Assembly: GCA_016218705.1 (NCBI GenBank)
Contig: JACRDC010000049.1
Location: 21,660 to 85,659, forward strand
From: Desulfarculus sp.
GTDB lineage: Bacteria > Desulfobacterota > Desulfarculia > Desulfarculales > Desulfarculaceae
Reading direction: 5' to 3'
Length of the DNA stretch: 64,000 bases
Under the pieces are notes generated by a model that searched no databases, was not told the DNA's origin, and worked only from the letters and a program-made list of their open reading frames with translations. Both the position numbers and the translations under genes were made by a program. Below are positions 38,487 to 50,518 of this stretch, piece by piece (position 1 is the stretch's first letter; every line of letters begins with the position of its first letter).

Positions 38487-39035
38487 ATGACTCAGCGCCT
38501 CATCTTAACGTCATTCATTGTTCTGCTGTTCTTGGCGCCTGCTGTTACTCCTGCAGCAGAAACGACAGCCGAAACCATCAACTTTTGGAAAGAGCGCGCA
38601 AAAAGAGGCAGTGCAACCACGCCATTCCAATTGGGGCTTGCGTATCAAAAAGGGGAGGGAGTTCTACAAGATAAGTCGGAGGCGGCGAAATGGTATTCTT
38701 TAGGTGCGCAAAGGGGTGATCTTCAAGCAGCACTAATGCTAGCAAAGATGTACTCAAGGGGCGAGGGGGTACAGAAGAATGAAGAAAAGGCTATAGAATT
38801 ATTTGTTGATATAGGCAAAAGTGATTCTGTTCTCGGTTCCATGGCGAGATGCCACTTGTTAATATTTACTAGAAATTATTCTCTAGGTAATGAAGGCATA
38901 ATGCCTGACAGGGAAAAAGCACGTTACCTATTTGAACGGCTGGGTGAAATAGAAATAGCAATAATGGATAAGAAAAATAAGCAAATGGATAAATTATTCG
39001 AGGAGCAAGAACGGATATTGGACTCTATTAAATAA
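38487..39035 (+). CDS. Sel1-repeat exported protein, low GC
   Basis: Signal peptide; LGLAYQKGEGVLQD..EAAKWY, LAKMYSRGEGV. Confidence 0.8.
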   Translation: MTQRLILTSFIVLLFLAPAVTPAAETTAETINFWKERAKRGSATTPFQLGLAYQKGEGVLQDKSEAAKWYSLGAQRGDLQAALMLAKMYSRGEGVQKNEEKAIELFVDIGKSDSVLGSMARCHLLIFTRNYSLGNEGIMPDREKARYLFERLGEIEIAIMDKKNKQMDKLFEEQERILDSIK

Positions 39036-39171
39036 ACGATTCTTTGTTGCTACTGCCATGGATTGTTTGAAGGGGTTGCTTCGGCCTATCAATGCTGATT
39101 AACCGAACTTCCTAGATATGCTGGAGATGTGCTACTGAAAATGCCTACTGCGTTAGATGTAACTCACTGAC

Positions 39172-39522
39172 TGTGCAGTGATGGTATTCGCCTGACAGTC
39201 GCCCCCGGCTTGGGGGTTGGTTAGGCAGCCTTTTGGGCGGCCTTGTTTCCAGTCTGATCCTTCTGGTTCAATCCGTCCCTGAAAGCCTGGAAGGGAGTCC
39301 TGCCGTTCATGCCCCTGCCCTGGTGGGGCCGCTTGGTGTTGTAGACGGCCAGGTATTCCTCCAGATCCTTCTGCATCTCCTCCACCGACTCATACCACTT
39401 CTGGCGGCCCTTGATCCGGAAGTGCTCGTCCAACAAGGTTATATGCAGGCGCTCCACGAAGCCGTTGCTCTGGGGCCGGCGCACCCGCGTGGTGCGGTGC
39501 TCGACATCCTCCATTTGGAGGC
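39172..39522 (-). mobile_element. IS481-family remnant (3' part of transposase plus terminal repeat)
   Basis: RPQSNGFVERLH...YNTKRPHQG..M.GRTP integrase-core C-terminus, stop at 39221; TGT-starting terminus at 39172; N-terminal part absent. Confidence 0.8.
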
Positions 39523-39622
39523 ATAGGACACCCGGCGGGTTACGCTTCGCTAACCGCCCTTCCCCCTTTCCCTGATTATTCCTCAGCAACAACGCCTTCG
39601 ACCGCCCCCCGCCACCGCCCCC

Positions 39623-40234
39623 CTACCCCCTGAACTCCTCCACCGGGCCGGCGCCCTCGCGCAGGATCTCGGGCGTGTCGTCCACCAGGCTGATGACGCT
39701 CGATGGCTTGCCCGGCACCGGGCCGCCATCCACGATCAGGTCCAGTTGGTTGCCCATGAGGTCTTCCACCTCCCAGGCGTGCAGGAGCATGCGGCCATCC
39801 TCGCCGGTGGCGCTGGTGGAGAGCAGGGGGTGGCCCAGGCCCATGGCCAGGGCCAGGGGTATGGGGTGGTCGGGCACGCGGATGCCGGCGGTCTTGCGCC
39901 GGGTGAGCATCATCTTGGGCACCTCGCGCGAGCCCTCCAACACGAAGGTGTAGGGGCCGGGCAGAAGGCGGCGCAGGGTCTTGTAGGCGTAGTTGGTCAC
40001 CCGGGCGTACTGCGACACGTCCTTGAGGTCCGGGCAGATGAAGGAGAAGGGCTTGCTCTCGGGCTGGCGCTTGATCTGATGGACGCGCTTGATGGCCCGC
40101 TTGTTGAAGATGTCGCAGCCCAGGCCGTAGACAGTGTCCGTGGGATAGGCCACCACCCCGCCGTCGGCCAGCACCTGCACCACCCGGGCGATGAGCCGGG
40201 GCTGGGGGTTCTGGGGGTTGATGGTCAGGATCAT
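39623..40234 (-). CDS. Sua5/YciO/YrdC family threonylcarbamoyl-AMP synthase-like protein
   Basis: YPTDTVYGLGC, LPGPYTF, GIRVPD, STSA. Confidence 0.9.
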   Translation of the reverse strand: MILTINPQNPQPRLIARVVQVLADGGVVAYPTDTVYGLGCDIFNKRAIKRVHQIKRQPESKPFSFICPDLKDVSQYARVTNYAYKTLRRLLPGPYTFVLEGSREVPKMMLTRRKTAGIRVPDHPIPLALAMGLGHPLLSTSATGEDGRMLLHAWEVEDLMGNQLDLIVDGGPVPGKPSSVISLVDDTPEILREGAGPVEEFRG

Positions 40235-40469
40235 GGCGGCTATCTCCTGCTATCTCCTTATGCTTCCAGCATATCCCAGCCGGGGCCGGGGCGTCAAGGC
40301 GGCCCAGGCGCACTAAGCATGTATTCATGGGCACTTGCGCCCTTGTGCCTTCTGGCCGGCCTTGACCATGGCGCTGGGGCGGGGGTAATCTTGCCCCCAG
40401 CGCCGCCGCCCAAGGTGCGGCACCCGCCACAACCCTTGCTTCCAGCGATGCCACCTGGCACATTAGGCC

Positions 40470-42191
40470 ATGCTCACATATTTGCGCATACAAAACTTCG
40501 CCCTGATCGAGAACCTGGAGCTGGAGCTGGGGCCGGGGCTGACCGTGCTCACCGGCGAGACCGGGGCCGGCAAGTCCATCATCCTGGCGGCGGTGAACCT
40601 GCTGCTGGGCGGGCGGGCCGCCGCCGACCTCATCCGCGCCGGCCAGGACCAGGCCGTGGTGGAGGCGGCCTTCAGCCTGCCCGCCGAGGCCCCGGCGCGG
40701 GCGCGCCTGGAGGCCCAGGGCCTGGCCCTGGACCCCGGCGAGGACCTGGTGGTGCGCCGGGTGGTCAGCCGCGAGGGGCGCAACCGGGTGCAGGTGGCCG
40801 GCGGGCTATCCACCCTGGGCGTCCTGGCCGAGCTGGGGCCGGAGTTGGTGAGCCTGGTGGGGCAGCACAGCCACCAAACGCTGCTCAAGGCCGAGGGGCA
40901 CCTGAGCCTGCTGGACGCCTTCGCCGGCCTGGAGCCATTGCGCCAGGAGGTGGCCACGGCGGTGGCCCGGGCCAGGCAGGCCCAGCGCCAACTTCAGGAG
41001 TTGCAACAGGACCTGGCCCGCCGCCAGGAGCGGGGGGCCTGGCTCAGGGAGGTGGTGGCCGAGATCGAGGCCGCCGGCCTGGACTCCGCCGAGGAGCAGG
41101 CCCTCAAGCAGGAGCGCCAACTGCTGGCCAACGCCGAGCAGATGATCCGCCTGGCCCAGGGGGCCTTTCAGGGCCTCTATGGCGCCGAGGAGGGAGCGGC
41201 CCTGGAGACCCTGGGCAAGGTCCGGGGTCTGCTGGCTGACCTGGCGCGCCTGGACCAGCGCCTGCGGCCCCTGGCCGAGCGCCTGGACGAGGCCTTTTAC
41301 GGCCTGGAGGACATCGCCCGCGAGTTGGGGGACTACCCGGAGTCCTTGAACGCCGACCCTGGCCGCCTGGACTGGCTGGAGGGGCGATTGCTGACCATCC
41401 AGCGCGTCAGCCGCAAGCACGGCGGCGGCGTGGAGGAGGCCCTGGCCGCCCTGGCCCAGGCCCGGCGGGAGCTTGAGTCCCTGGACAGCGGCCAGGAGCG
41501 CCTGGCCCAGTTGGAGCGCCAGCGCCAGGAGGCCCTGGACCTGGCCCTGGACCTGGCCCGGCGGCTGGGCCAGGCCCGCCGCCAGGCCGCGCCCGGCCTG
41601 GCCCGGGCGGTGCGCGGCGAGCTGGCCCAGTTGGGCATGGCTGCCTGCGAGTTCGAGGCGCGCTTCAGCCCGCCGGTTGGCGCGGCCCTGGCCACGCCCG
41701 ATGGTCCCCTGGCCTCGCGGGGACTGGAGGAGGCCGAGTTTTACATCGCGCCCAACCCTGGCGAGGGCTTCCGGCCCTTGAGCCGCATCGCCAGCGGGGG
41801 CGAGCTTTCGCGCCTGCTGCTGGCGCTAAAAAGCCTGGTGGCCAGCCAGGCCGGCGCGCCCACCATGATCTTCGACGAGGTGGACGCCGGCATCGGCGGC
41901 GCCACCGGCACCGCCGTGGGCCAGAAGCTGAAAAGGCTGGCCCAGGGCGCCCAGGTGCTGTGCATCACCCATTTGCCCCAGATAGCGGCCTGGGGCGGCG
42001 CCCACCTCACGGTGGGCAAACAGGTGCGCCAGGGCCGCACGGCCACGGTGCTGGGCGTGTTGGATGAGGCAGGCCGCCTGGATGAGATGACCCGCATGCT
42101 GGGCGGACAAAAAGACGGCCCAGCGGCCCGGGAGCATGCCCAAGCCATGCTCTCCCAGGCTCGCCGGGACCAAGTCCCGGATACTCCCTGA
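40470..42191 (+). CDS. recN: DNA repair protein RecN
   Basis: LTGETGAGKS, ASGGELSR, FDEVDAGIGG, CITHLPQIA. Confidence 0.97.
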   Translation: MLTYLRIQNFALIENLELELGPGLTVLTGETGAGKSIILAAVNLLLGGRAAADLIRAGQDQAVVEAAFSLPAEAPARARLEAQGLALDPGEDLVVRRVVSREGRNRVQVAGGLSTLGVLAELGPELVSLVGQHSHQTLLKAEGHLSLLDAFAGLEPLRQEVATAVARARQAQRQLQELQQDLARRQERGAWLREVVAEIEAAGLDSAEEQALKQERQLLANAEQMIRLAQGAFQGLYGAEEGAALETLGKVRGLLADLARLDQRLRPLAERLDEAFYGLEDIARELGDYPESLNADPGRLDWLEGRLLTIQRVSRKHGGGVEEALAALAQARRELESLDSGQERLAQLERQRQEALDLALDLARRLGQARRQAAPGLARAVRGELAQLGMAACEFEARFSPPVGAALATPDGPLASRGLEEAEFYIAPNPGEGFRPLSRIASGGELSRLLLALKSLVASQAGAPTMIFDEVDAGIGGATGTAVGQKLKRLAQGAQVLCITHLPQIAAWGGAHLTVGKQVRQGRTATVLGVLDEAGRLDEMTRMLGGQKDGPAAREHAQAMLSQARRDQVPDTP

Positions 42192-42373
42192 ACACCGCCA
42201 CCGGGTCGGGTGGGGCTGGATTCATCACCAGCCCCACCCGACACCTTTGCGCGGCCTGGGCGCCCGGCTCCCCCCAACCCTGCTTGAAGGTCGGCGCCGT
42301 CCCCGTATCAAGAGATATCTTGGCCGCCGCGCTCCCCGCGATGCCCTCGGCCAGGATCATCCGGTGAAAGACC

Positions 42374-43210
42374 CTAGTCGTCGTATTGCTTGGCGTAGGC
42401 CGCGTCGTTGTACAGGCCGCCGCCGTACTCCCTGATGATCTTCTGCCCGGCCGGCGAGGCCACGAAGTCAATGAAGCGCCCCGCCAGGGCCGCGCCGGGG
42501 GTGACGCCATCGGGCTGGCGCAGGGCGTGGTAGGTGTTGACCAGGTACTTGTCGCCCTTGAACAACACCTTGAGCCCCGGCAGCTTGGCGGCCTCCTGCA
42601 CCCAGGTGCTGGAGTCGGTCATGAAGTAGCCGCCCTCGTCGTTGGCCCGCTTGAGGGTGGCGGCCATGAAGGCCTTGGTGACGATGTACCAGCCATCCTG
42701 GGGGGTGATGCCGGCCATTTTCCAGATGGCCATCTCCTTCTGGTGGGTGCCGGAATTGTCGCCGCGCGAGAAGAACTTGGCCTGGGCCTTGGCGATACGG
42801 GCGTAGGCGTCCTTGACGTCCGCCGCCTGGGCGATGCCCGCCGGGTCACTGGCCGGCCCCACGATGAAGAACTCGTTGCTGCCCAAGAGGGTGCGCTGGG
42901 TGGCCCAGCCCTGGGCCACGGCCTCCTTCTCGGCCTTGGGCGCGTGCACCATTATCATGTCCACGGCCTTGGCCTGCAAAAGCTTGAGCCCCTCGCCGGA
43001 GCCGGCCTTTTTCCAGTTGAGCCTGGCCTGGGCCGTGGGCGAGAAGGCCTCGGCCAGGGCCTGCAAGAGGCCCAGCTCGCCGGGGCTGCCCGTGGCCAGG
43101 GAGAAGGCGCTTGGCCCCTGGCCATAGGTGGCGTCGTAGGTGTCGGCGGCCAGACAGGCCAGAGGGGTCAGGGCCAGGAGCAGGGCCAGGGGCCAGGCCA
43201 AGGGTCTCAT
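42374..43210 (-). CDS. Tungstate-binding (TupA-like) periplasmic protein
   Basis: Signal peptide; ATGSPGELGLL, VHAP, FIVGP, SRGDNSGTH.KE. Confidence 0.78.
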   Translation of the reverse strand: MRPLAWPLALLLALTPLACLAADTYDATYGQGPSAFSLATGSPGELGLLQALAEAFSPTAQARLNWKKAGSGEGLKLLQAKAVDMIMVHAPKAEKEAVAQGWATQRTLLGSNEFFIVGPASDPAGIAQAADVKDAYARIAKAQAKFFSRGDNSGTHQKEMAIWKMAGITPQDGWYIVTKAFMAATLKRANDEGGYFMTDSSTWVQEAAKLPGLKVLFKGDKYLVNTYHALRQPDGVTPGAALAGRFIDFVASPAGQKIIREYGGGLYNDAAYAKQYDD

Positions 43211-43411
43211 GTGCTTCTCCCGCCGTGTGAGGTGCCTCGGGGGGGGGCATTGTTATGTCATTTTAAACATAGCCTACGGCAAGACACCGGCGGGGTCAAG
43301 AGATTGTGGCTCCCAAGGAGTGTCAGGGGGGTGCCCGAATAAAAAAGGGCAGGGACCGCTGGTCCCTGCCCGTATGCCCTGTCAGGGCGCCGGCTGGAGG
43401 AAAAGCCGCTC

Positions 43412-44509
43412 CTAGTGGGTGCGCACCCACTGGCCCACCTCGAAGGTGAGCGGCTGGGGTTTTTCCTCCATGGTCTCCTTGAGGGCCTGGGCCTCCTTGG
43501 CCGGGGCTTCCCGCTTGCCCTCGGTGTCCTGGCCGTCCTTGGCTTTCTTTTCGGCGGCCTCCTTGGCCTTTTTAGCCTCGGCCTCCTTGGCCTCTTTGGC
43601 CTCCTTGGCCTTTTTTTCGTCGCTGGCCCGTTCCACGATCTCGGCCCAGGAGAAGCGCGCCCCCAGTTCGCCCAGCTTGATGCGTCCCACGCGGGGGCCG
43701 GGCAGGGCCAGTTGCTGGCCGGTGCCGGCCTTGATGCGCTCGCCCAGGGCGTAGACCGTCAGTATTGATCCGGGGGGCAGGCCGGTGTCACGTCCCACGC
43801 TCACCAGCACCCGGTTGCCCTCCACCTCCAGCACGGTGCCGCCCCAGGGCAGGGAGGCCACGCGCTTGCCCACCCAGGCGGTGGTTTCCTCGGTGATCTC
43901 GGCCAACAGCTTGTTCACTAGCTTGTCGTCGGGCTGTGCCCCACCCTCGATGGCCTCGGCCACGGTGTCGTCCACGCGCTCCTGGCGCTTGAAGGCCTCC
44001 TGGCCGATCACGATGCCGGTGGTCACGTCCACCAGGCGCAGTTCCACCTCCAGGGAGAGGAAGGGCCGGTTCTCGCGCATGCCGTAGATGCCCTTGAGGG
44101 CGCGCTGCACCGACAGGTCGGTGATGTTGCCGGCCAGCAGGGCGTTGACGCCCAGGCGGCGGCTGGCCTCCATGGCCCGGTCCTCGGGGTGGGCGATGGC
44201 CTGGGGCAGCTTCTTCATCTCCTCCTGCACGGGCGTGAAGTCGCCCACCACCACGCCGCCCATCTTGACTAGATGCTGGCTGATGGCCATTTGCAGGGCC
44301 GTGGCCCGCTCCTTCATGCTGGGCACCCCGCTGGTGAACGGCGCCACCGCCACCCGTTTGCGCAGGCCGGTGTCCTTGCTGTCAATTATGTTGGTCACGG
44401 CGCTGGTGACGCCGCAACCAGGCAGCAGGGCCAGGAACAAAACCAATCCCAGCAGGGCCGGGGCCAAACGCGCCGGGTTCTGGCCGGGTCCTAGGTGGCG
44501 GGGGTGCAT
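43412..44509 (-). CDS. Hypothetical lipoprotein (CsgG/FlgT-like architecture) with charged EAK-rich tail
   Basis: LPGC lipobox; RVAVAPF, LRLVDVTTG; KEAKEAKEAEAK repeats. Confidence 0.7.
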   Translation of the reverse strand: MHPRHLGPGQNPARLAPALLGLVLFLALLPGCGVTSAVTNIIDSKDTGLRKRVAVAPFTSGVPSMKERATALQMAISQHLVKMGGVVVGDFTPVQEEMKKLPQAIAHPEDRAMEASRRLGVNALLAGNITDLSVQRALKGIYGMRENRPFLSLEVELRLVDVTTGIVIGQEAFKRQERVDDTVAEAIEGGAQPDDKLVNKLLAEITEETTAWVGKRVASLPWGGTVLEVEGNRVLVSVGRDTGLPPGSILTVYALGERIKAGTGQQLALPGPRVGRIKLGELGARFSWAEIVERASDEKKAKEAKEAKEAEAKKAKEAAEKKAKDGQDTEGKREAPAKEAQALKETMEEKPQPLTFEVGQWVRTH

Positions 44510-44553
44510 GGGGTTCTCCCTGGGCAGATGGTGTCGGGGCCGATTGTTCCAAT

Positions 44554-44707
44554 AGGCTGTTGAAAAACAGCCTGTTGGCGGGCCATGGACGGCCCGCCAA
44601 AAAGCGCGGGCGCTTTAGCGCCAAGCTTTTTGGGGGAGTTAGCCGAATTCATTTCGGCTAACTCGTGTTGAAAAAAGTCCATGGACGGACTTTTTCAACA
44701 ACCTGCT
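44554..44707. mobile_element. MITE-like element with terminal inverted repeats and four internal hairpins
   Basis: AGGCTGTTGAAAAA ... TTTTTCAACAACCT (13/14 match); loop CCATGGACGG occurs twice. Confidence 0.65.
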
Positions 44708-44756
44708 GAAGCGCGAGTATATCAAAACTTGGCCAGGCAACAAAAGTGCGGCGCGA

Positions 44757-45035
44757 TCAGTATCTGATCTCAAACCCCGCCAGGGCCGGGTCGGGCTCGG
44801 ACCAACTGACGTCCACCTCGGTGACCAAGGCCGAGGGCGAGCCCTGGTGGCACCAGGCGATGGCCTTTTCCACCTGGTCCCGGGGGCCTTGGAACACGGC
44901 CTCGACCCGCCGAAGCGGCAGGTTGCGCACCCAGCCCTTGAGCCCCAGTTCCTGGGCCGTCTCCTGGGTGTAGGCCCTGAAGAACACGCCCTGCACCTTG
45001 CCCTTGATGAGCACCGTGGCCTTGACCTCGTCCAT
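44757..45035 (-). CDS. acyP: Acylphosphatase
   Basis: GKVQGVFFR, GWVRN, FEIRY. Confidence 0.95.
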   Translation of the reverse strand: MDEVKATVLIKGKVQGVFFRAYTQETAQELGLKGWVRNLPLRRVEAVFQGPRDQVEKAIAWCHQGSPSALVTEVDVSWSEPDPALAGFEIRY

Positions 45036-45036
45036 G

Positions 45037-47112
<2,076 letters not shown>

Positions 47113-47189
47113 CTATAACTACACAACCCGGGGCGCGATTTCAAGATGGGCGCGCCAGGCGGAGGCCGGCCACGGTGGCGGGTTTGGCC

Positions 47190-48224
47190 TCAGCCCCGCA
47201 CCAGGGCCAGGGAGGCGGCCAGGAGGCCGAAGCAGCCCGAGAGCATCACGTCGCCGTGGGGCACGGCCAGGGTCCAGCCCAAGCCTGAAGCCAGGCGCCG
47301 GCGGGGGCCGGTGAAGACCACCGGCCAGTCCTGGCCTTGGGGGGCGGAGTCCAGGCGGGCGCAGCCGTGGCCCTGGCCGGCGAAGACCTCGGAGTCGCTC
47401 AGGGTGCCCTGGATGAAGCGCCCCACCTGGTCGGCCAGGCTGAAGGCGTCCAGGCAGCCGGTGTGGTGCTCGTAGACGCCCAGCACCCGCTGCCCTTGGA
47501 CGAGGAAGCCCACGGTGTGCATGTTGCCCAGGTTGACAATGCACACGCCCCCCTGAGCCAGGGCGGCCACGGCGGGGTCTTGCAGGGCGCCCCAGGCGGC
47601 GGCCGCGGCGGTGTCCATCAACAAGGCCCCGGGGGCCTGCTGTTTGAGGGCGGCCATGCGGGTCATGTCCGGCGGGGCCTGGGGGAAGATCAAGTCGCCC
47701 AGGCGGCCGCCCTTTTGCAGGAAGCGCTCCCACATCATAAAGCGGAACTTGCGGTTGGAGAAGCCGGGGGAATGGCCGTGGTCGCATAGGGCCACGGCCA
47801 GGCGCTGGGGCGGGTCCACCTCGAAGAGCGCGCAGGCCTGGCGAATGGCCTTCAGGTCCAGGTCGCTGGTGGGCACGGTCACGGCCCCGGCCGGCGGCTT
47901 GTCGCAGATGACCACCCCCTGGGCGCGGACCTTGTCCAGGTCGTCGGCCAGGGAGGCCGCCGCCGCCGGGGTGGCGAAGACCTTCAGGCCCTCGTCAAGG
48001 TGCTCCCCCACGGCCCGGTGCATGGCCCCGCCGCCCATGAGCCAGCCCTCGAGGAAGACGTCGCGGCCCTGGCCCCGGGCGGCGCGGATGCGCCGGGCCG
48101 CCACCTGGGTGGGCGAGGGCAGCACCATCTTCACGGCGTTTTCGATCTCCTGGCCGTCTCGCCACAGGAGCAGGTCCTGGGTGCCGCCGCCCACATCCAG
48201 GGCCAGTAGGGATTCTAACTCCAT
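47190..48224 (-). CDS. DUF1786-like protein
   Basis: LALDVGGGTQD, VKMVLPSPT, DHG.SP..SNR.FRF, YEHHT, GDVMLSGCFG. Confidence 0.75.
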   Translation of the reverse strand: MELESLLALDVGGGTQDLLLWRDGQEIENAVKMVLPSPTQVAARRIRAARGQGRDVFLEGWLMGGGAMHRAVGEHLDEGLKVFATPAAAASLADDLDKVRAQGVVICDKPPAGAVTVPTSDLDLKAIRQACALFEVDPPQRLAVALCDHGHSPGFSNRKFRFMMWERFLQKGGRLGDLIFPQAPPDMTRMAALKQQAPGALLMDTAAAAAWGALQDPAVAALAQGGVCIVNLGNMHTVGFLVQGQRVLGVYEHHTGCLDAFSLADQVGRFIQGTLSDSEVFAGQGHGCARLDSAPQGQDWPVVFTGPRRRLASGLGWTLAVPHGDVMLSGCFGLLAASLALVRG

Positions 48225-48461
48225 GCCGTGATATATACACGCTGGCGGTCCCCGGGGCCAGGCGTCCCGGGCGCTTTCGCGCCCGGCGGGCCATCCATGG
48301 CCCTCAAACCACATGCGATCAACCTATTCGTTTGATCGCATGTGGCATGAATACTCCCAGGCTGTCCGGCGCTGGCGCTTAAACTAGGGTTTGCCCCCCG
48401 GGGGTTGGGTTTGCTATATTTTCACAAGGGGACATCGAACAAGCCTAAGAACCATGAGCGG

Positions 48462-48490
48462 TTGACGGGGCTGGGCCTGTCCCATATAAT
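48462..48490 (+). promoter_or_regulatory. Sigma70 promoter of ffh operon
   Basis: TTGACG-17 bp-TATAAT. Confidence 0.75.
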
Positions 48491-48559
48491 CCCCTAGTTT
48501 ACCGGCAGACGTTTGCTCCCGGCGGCTGGCGCCATTGCCTTCGAACGAAAGACTATCCC

Positions 48560-49894
48560 ATGTTCGACCACCTGAGCGACCGCCTGGCCGAGACCTTCAA
48601 GCGCCTAAAGGGCCACGGCAAGCTCTCCGAGAAGAACATAGCCGACGCCCTGCGCGAGGTGCGCCTGGCCCTGCTGGAGGCCGACGTCCACTACAAGGTG
48701 GCCAAGGACTTCATCGAGCAGGTACGCCAGCGGGCCGTGGGCCAGGAGGTGGCGGGAAGCCTGACGCCGGCCCAGGTGGTGGTCAAGATCGTCCACGAGG
48801 AGATGACCGCCCTCATGGGCGGCGAGGCCGAGCCCCTGACGCTGACCGGCCGGCCGCCGCTGATCTATATGATGGTGGGCCTGCAAGGCTCGGGCAAGAC
48901 GACCACCAGCGCCAAGCTGGCCCTGGCGCTCAAGAAAAAGGGCCGGCACCCATTTTTGGTGCCCGCGGACGTGCAGCGCCCGGCGGCCATCGAGCAGTTG
49001 AAGCGCCTGGGCGCCCAGATCCAGGTGCCGGTGAACGACAGCGACCCGGGCAAGAACCCGGTGGACATCTGCGTGCAGGCCCTGGCCAATGCCGCCCGGG
49101 CCGGCGCCGATCTGCTGATACTGGACACCGCCGGCCGCCTGCACGTGGACGAGCCCCTCATGGCCGAGCTGGCGGCCATCCGCGAGCGCCTTCGTCCCCA
49201 GGAGGTGCTCCTGGTGGCCGACGCCATGACCGGCCAGGACGCTGTTAACGTGGCCAAGGCCTTCCATGAGCGCCTGAGCCTCAGCGGCGTCATCCTGAGC
49301 AAGGTGGAGGGCGACGCCCGGGGCGGCGCGGCCCTGTCCATCCGGGCGGTGACCGGGGTGCCCATCAAGCACCTGGGCGTGGGTGAGAAGCTCGACGCCC
49401 TGGAGGCCTTCCACCCCGGGCGCATGGCCGGCCGCATCCTGGGCATGGGCGACGTGCTTAGCCTGGTGGAGAAGGCCCAGGAGGCCTACGACCAGGACAA
49501 GGCCAAGGAGCTGGCCAAGAAGCTGGTCAAGAATTCCTTCACCCTGGAGGACTTTAAGGACCAGTTGCAGCAAATAAAAAAGATGGGCAGCCTGGAGTCC
49601 ATCCTGAGCATGCTGCCCGGGGCGGGCAAGCTAAAGAAACTCAAGGACTTTCAGCCCGAGGAAAAGGAAATCAAGCGCACCGAGGCCATCATCAACTCCA
49701 TGACCGTGGCCGAGCGGCGCGACGTCAACCTGATCAACGCCTCGCGGCGCAAGCGCATAGCGGCGGGCAGCGGCACCACCGTGGCCGACGTCAACCGGCT
49801 TTTGAAGAACTTCGCGGATGCCCGCAAGATGATGAAGAACATGACCCGCATGGGCGCCAGGAAGGGGCTAGGGCGCCTGCTGCCCATGCGCTAA
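48560..49894 (+). CDS. ffh: Signal recognition particle protein
   Basis: ALLEADV, GLQGSGKTT, DTAGR, GRILGMGD, M domain. Confidence 0.98.
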   Translation: MFDHLSDRLAETFKRLKGHGKLSEKNIADALREVRLALLEADVHYKVAKDFIEQVRQRAVGQEVAGSLTPAQVVVKIVHEEMTALMGGEAEPLTLTGRPPLIYMMVGLQGSGKTTTSAKLALALKKKGRHPFLVPADVQRPAAIEQLKRLGAQIQVPVNDSDPGKNPVDICVQALANAARAGADLLILDTAGRLHVDEPLMAELAAIRERLRPQEVLLVADAMTGQDAVNVAKAFHERLSLSGVILSKVEGDARGGAALSIRAVTGVPIKHLGVGEKLDALEAFHPGRMAGRILGMGDVLSLVEKAQEAYDQDKAKELAKKLVKNSFTLEDFKDQLQQIKKMGSLESILSMLPGAGKLKKLKDFQPEEKEIKRTEAIINSMTVAERRDVNLINASRRKRIAAGSGTTVADVNRLLKNFADARKMMKNMTRMGARKGLGRLLPMR

Positions 49895-49955
49895 AGCCAA
49901 GAAACCAAACCCTAGCCCGAGCACCTAATTTTTTGGAGCGAAGAGAGAGACAGTC

Positions 49956-50225
49956 ATGGCAGTTAGAATCCGTCTGGCCCGCTTAGGCGCCAAGAAAAAG
50001 CCCATGTACCGCATCGTGGCCGCCGACTCCCAGGCCCCCCGCGACGGCAGCTTCCTGGAGATCGTGGGCACCTACGATCCCCATCAGAACCCGGCCCTGG
50101 TGCAGGTTGACGCCGACGCCCTGCAAAAATGGCTGGGCCGTGGCGCCCAGCCCACGGACACCGTGCACAGCCTGCTCAGGAGCAGGGGCCTGTTGCCCGC
50201 AGCGGCGGCTCAGGCGGCCTCGTAA
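49956..50225 (+). CDS. rpsP: 30S ribosomal protein S16
   Basis: MAVRIRLAR.G.KK.P.YRIV, GAQPTDTV. Confidence 0.98.
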   Translation: MAVRIRLARLGAKKKPMYRIVAADSQAPRDGSFLEIVGTYDPHQNPALVQVDADALQKWLGRGAQPTDTVHSLLRSRGLLPAAAAQAAS

Positions 50226-50285
50226 GCTCCTTTGGTTGACCCAGGTTTCGCGCCACCGGTTTCCTTACTCAGGTGGAGGTGCTGA

Positions 50286-50516
50286 ATGAAGGAGTTGATC
50301 AAGTACATCGCGCAGGCGCTGGTGGACCGCCCCGAGCACGTGGAGGTCAACGAGGTGGAAGGCGAACAGACCTCGGTGATCGAGCTGAAGGTGGCCAAGG
50401 AGGACCTGGGCAAGGTGATCGGCAAACAGGGGCGCACGGCCCGGGCCATGCGCACCATCCTTAGCGCCGCCTCCACCAAGATCCGCAAGCGTTCGGTCTT
50501 GGAGATCATCGAGTAG
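50286..50516 (+). CDS. khpA: KH domain RNA-binding protein
   Basis: [13 protein letters not shown]; rpsP-KH-rimM synteny. Confidence 0.93.
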   Translation: MKELIKYIAQALVDRPEHVEVNEVEGEQTSVIELKVAKEDLGKVIGKQGRTARAMRTILSAASTKIRKRSVLEIIE

Positions 50517-50518
50517 CC

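Noticed and set aside
43540..43620. Short tandem repeats (GGCCTCCTT-like)
   Set aside because: They encode the EAK-rich low-complexity tail of the lipoprotein; not CRISPR or a DNA-level element
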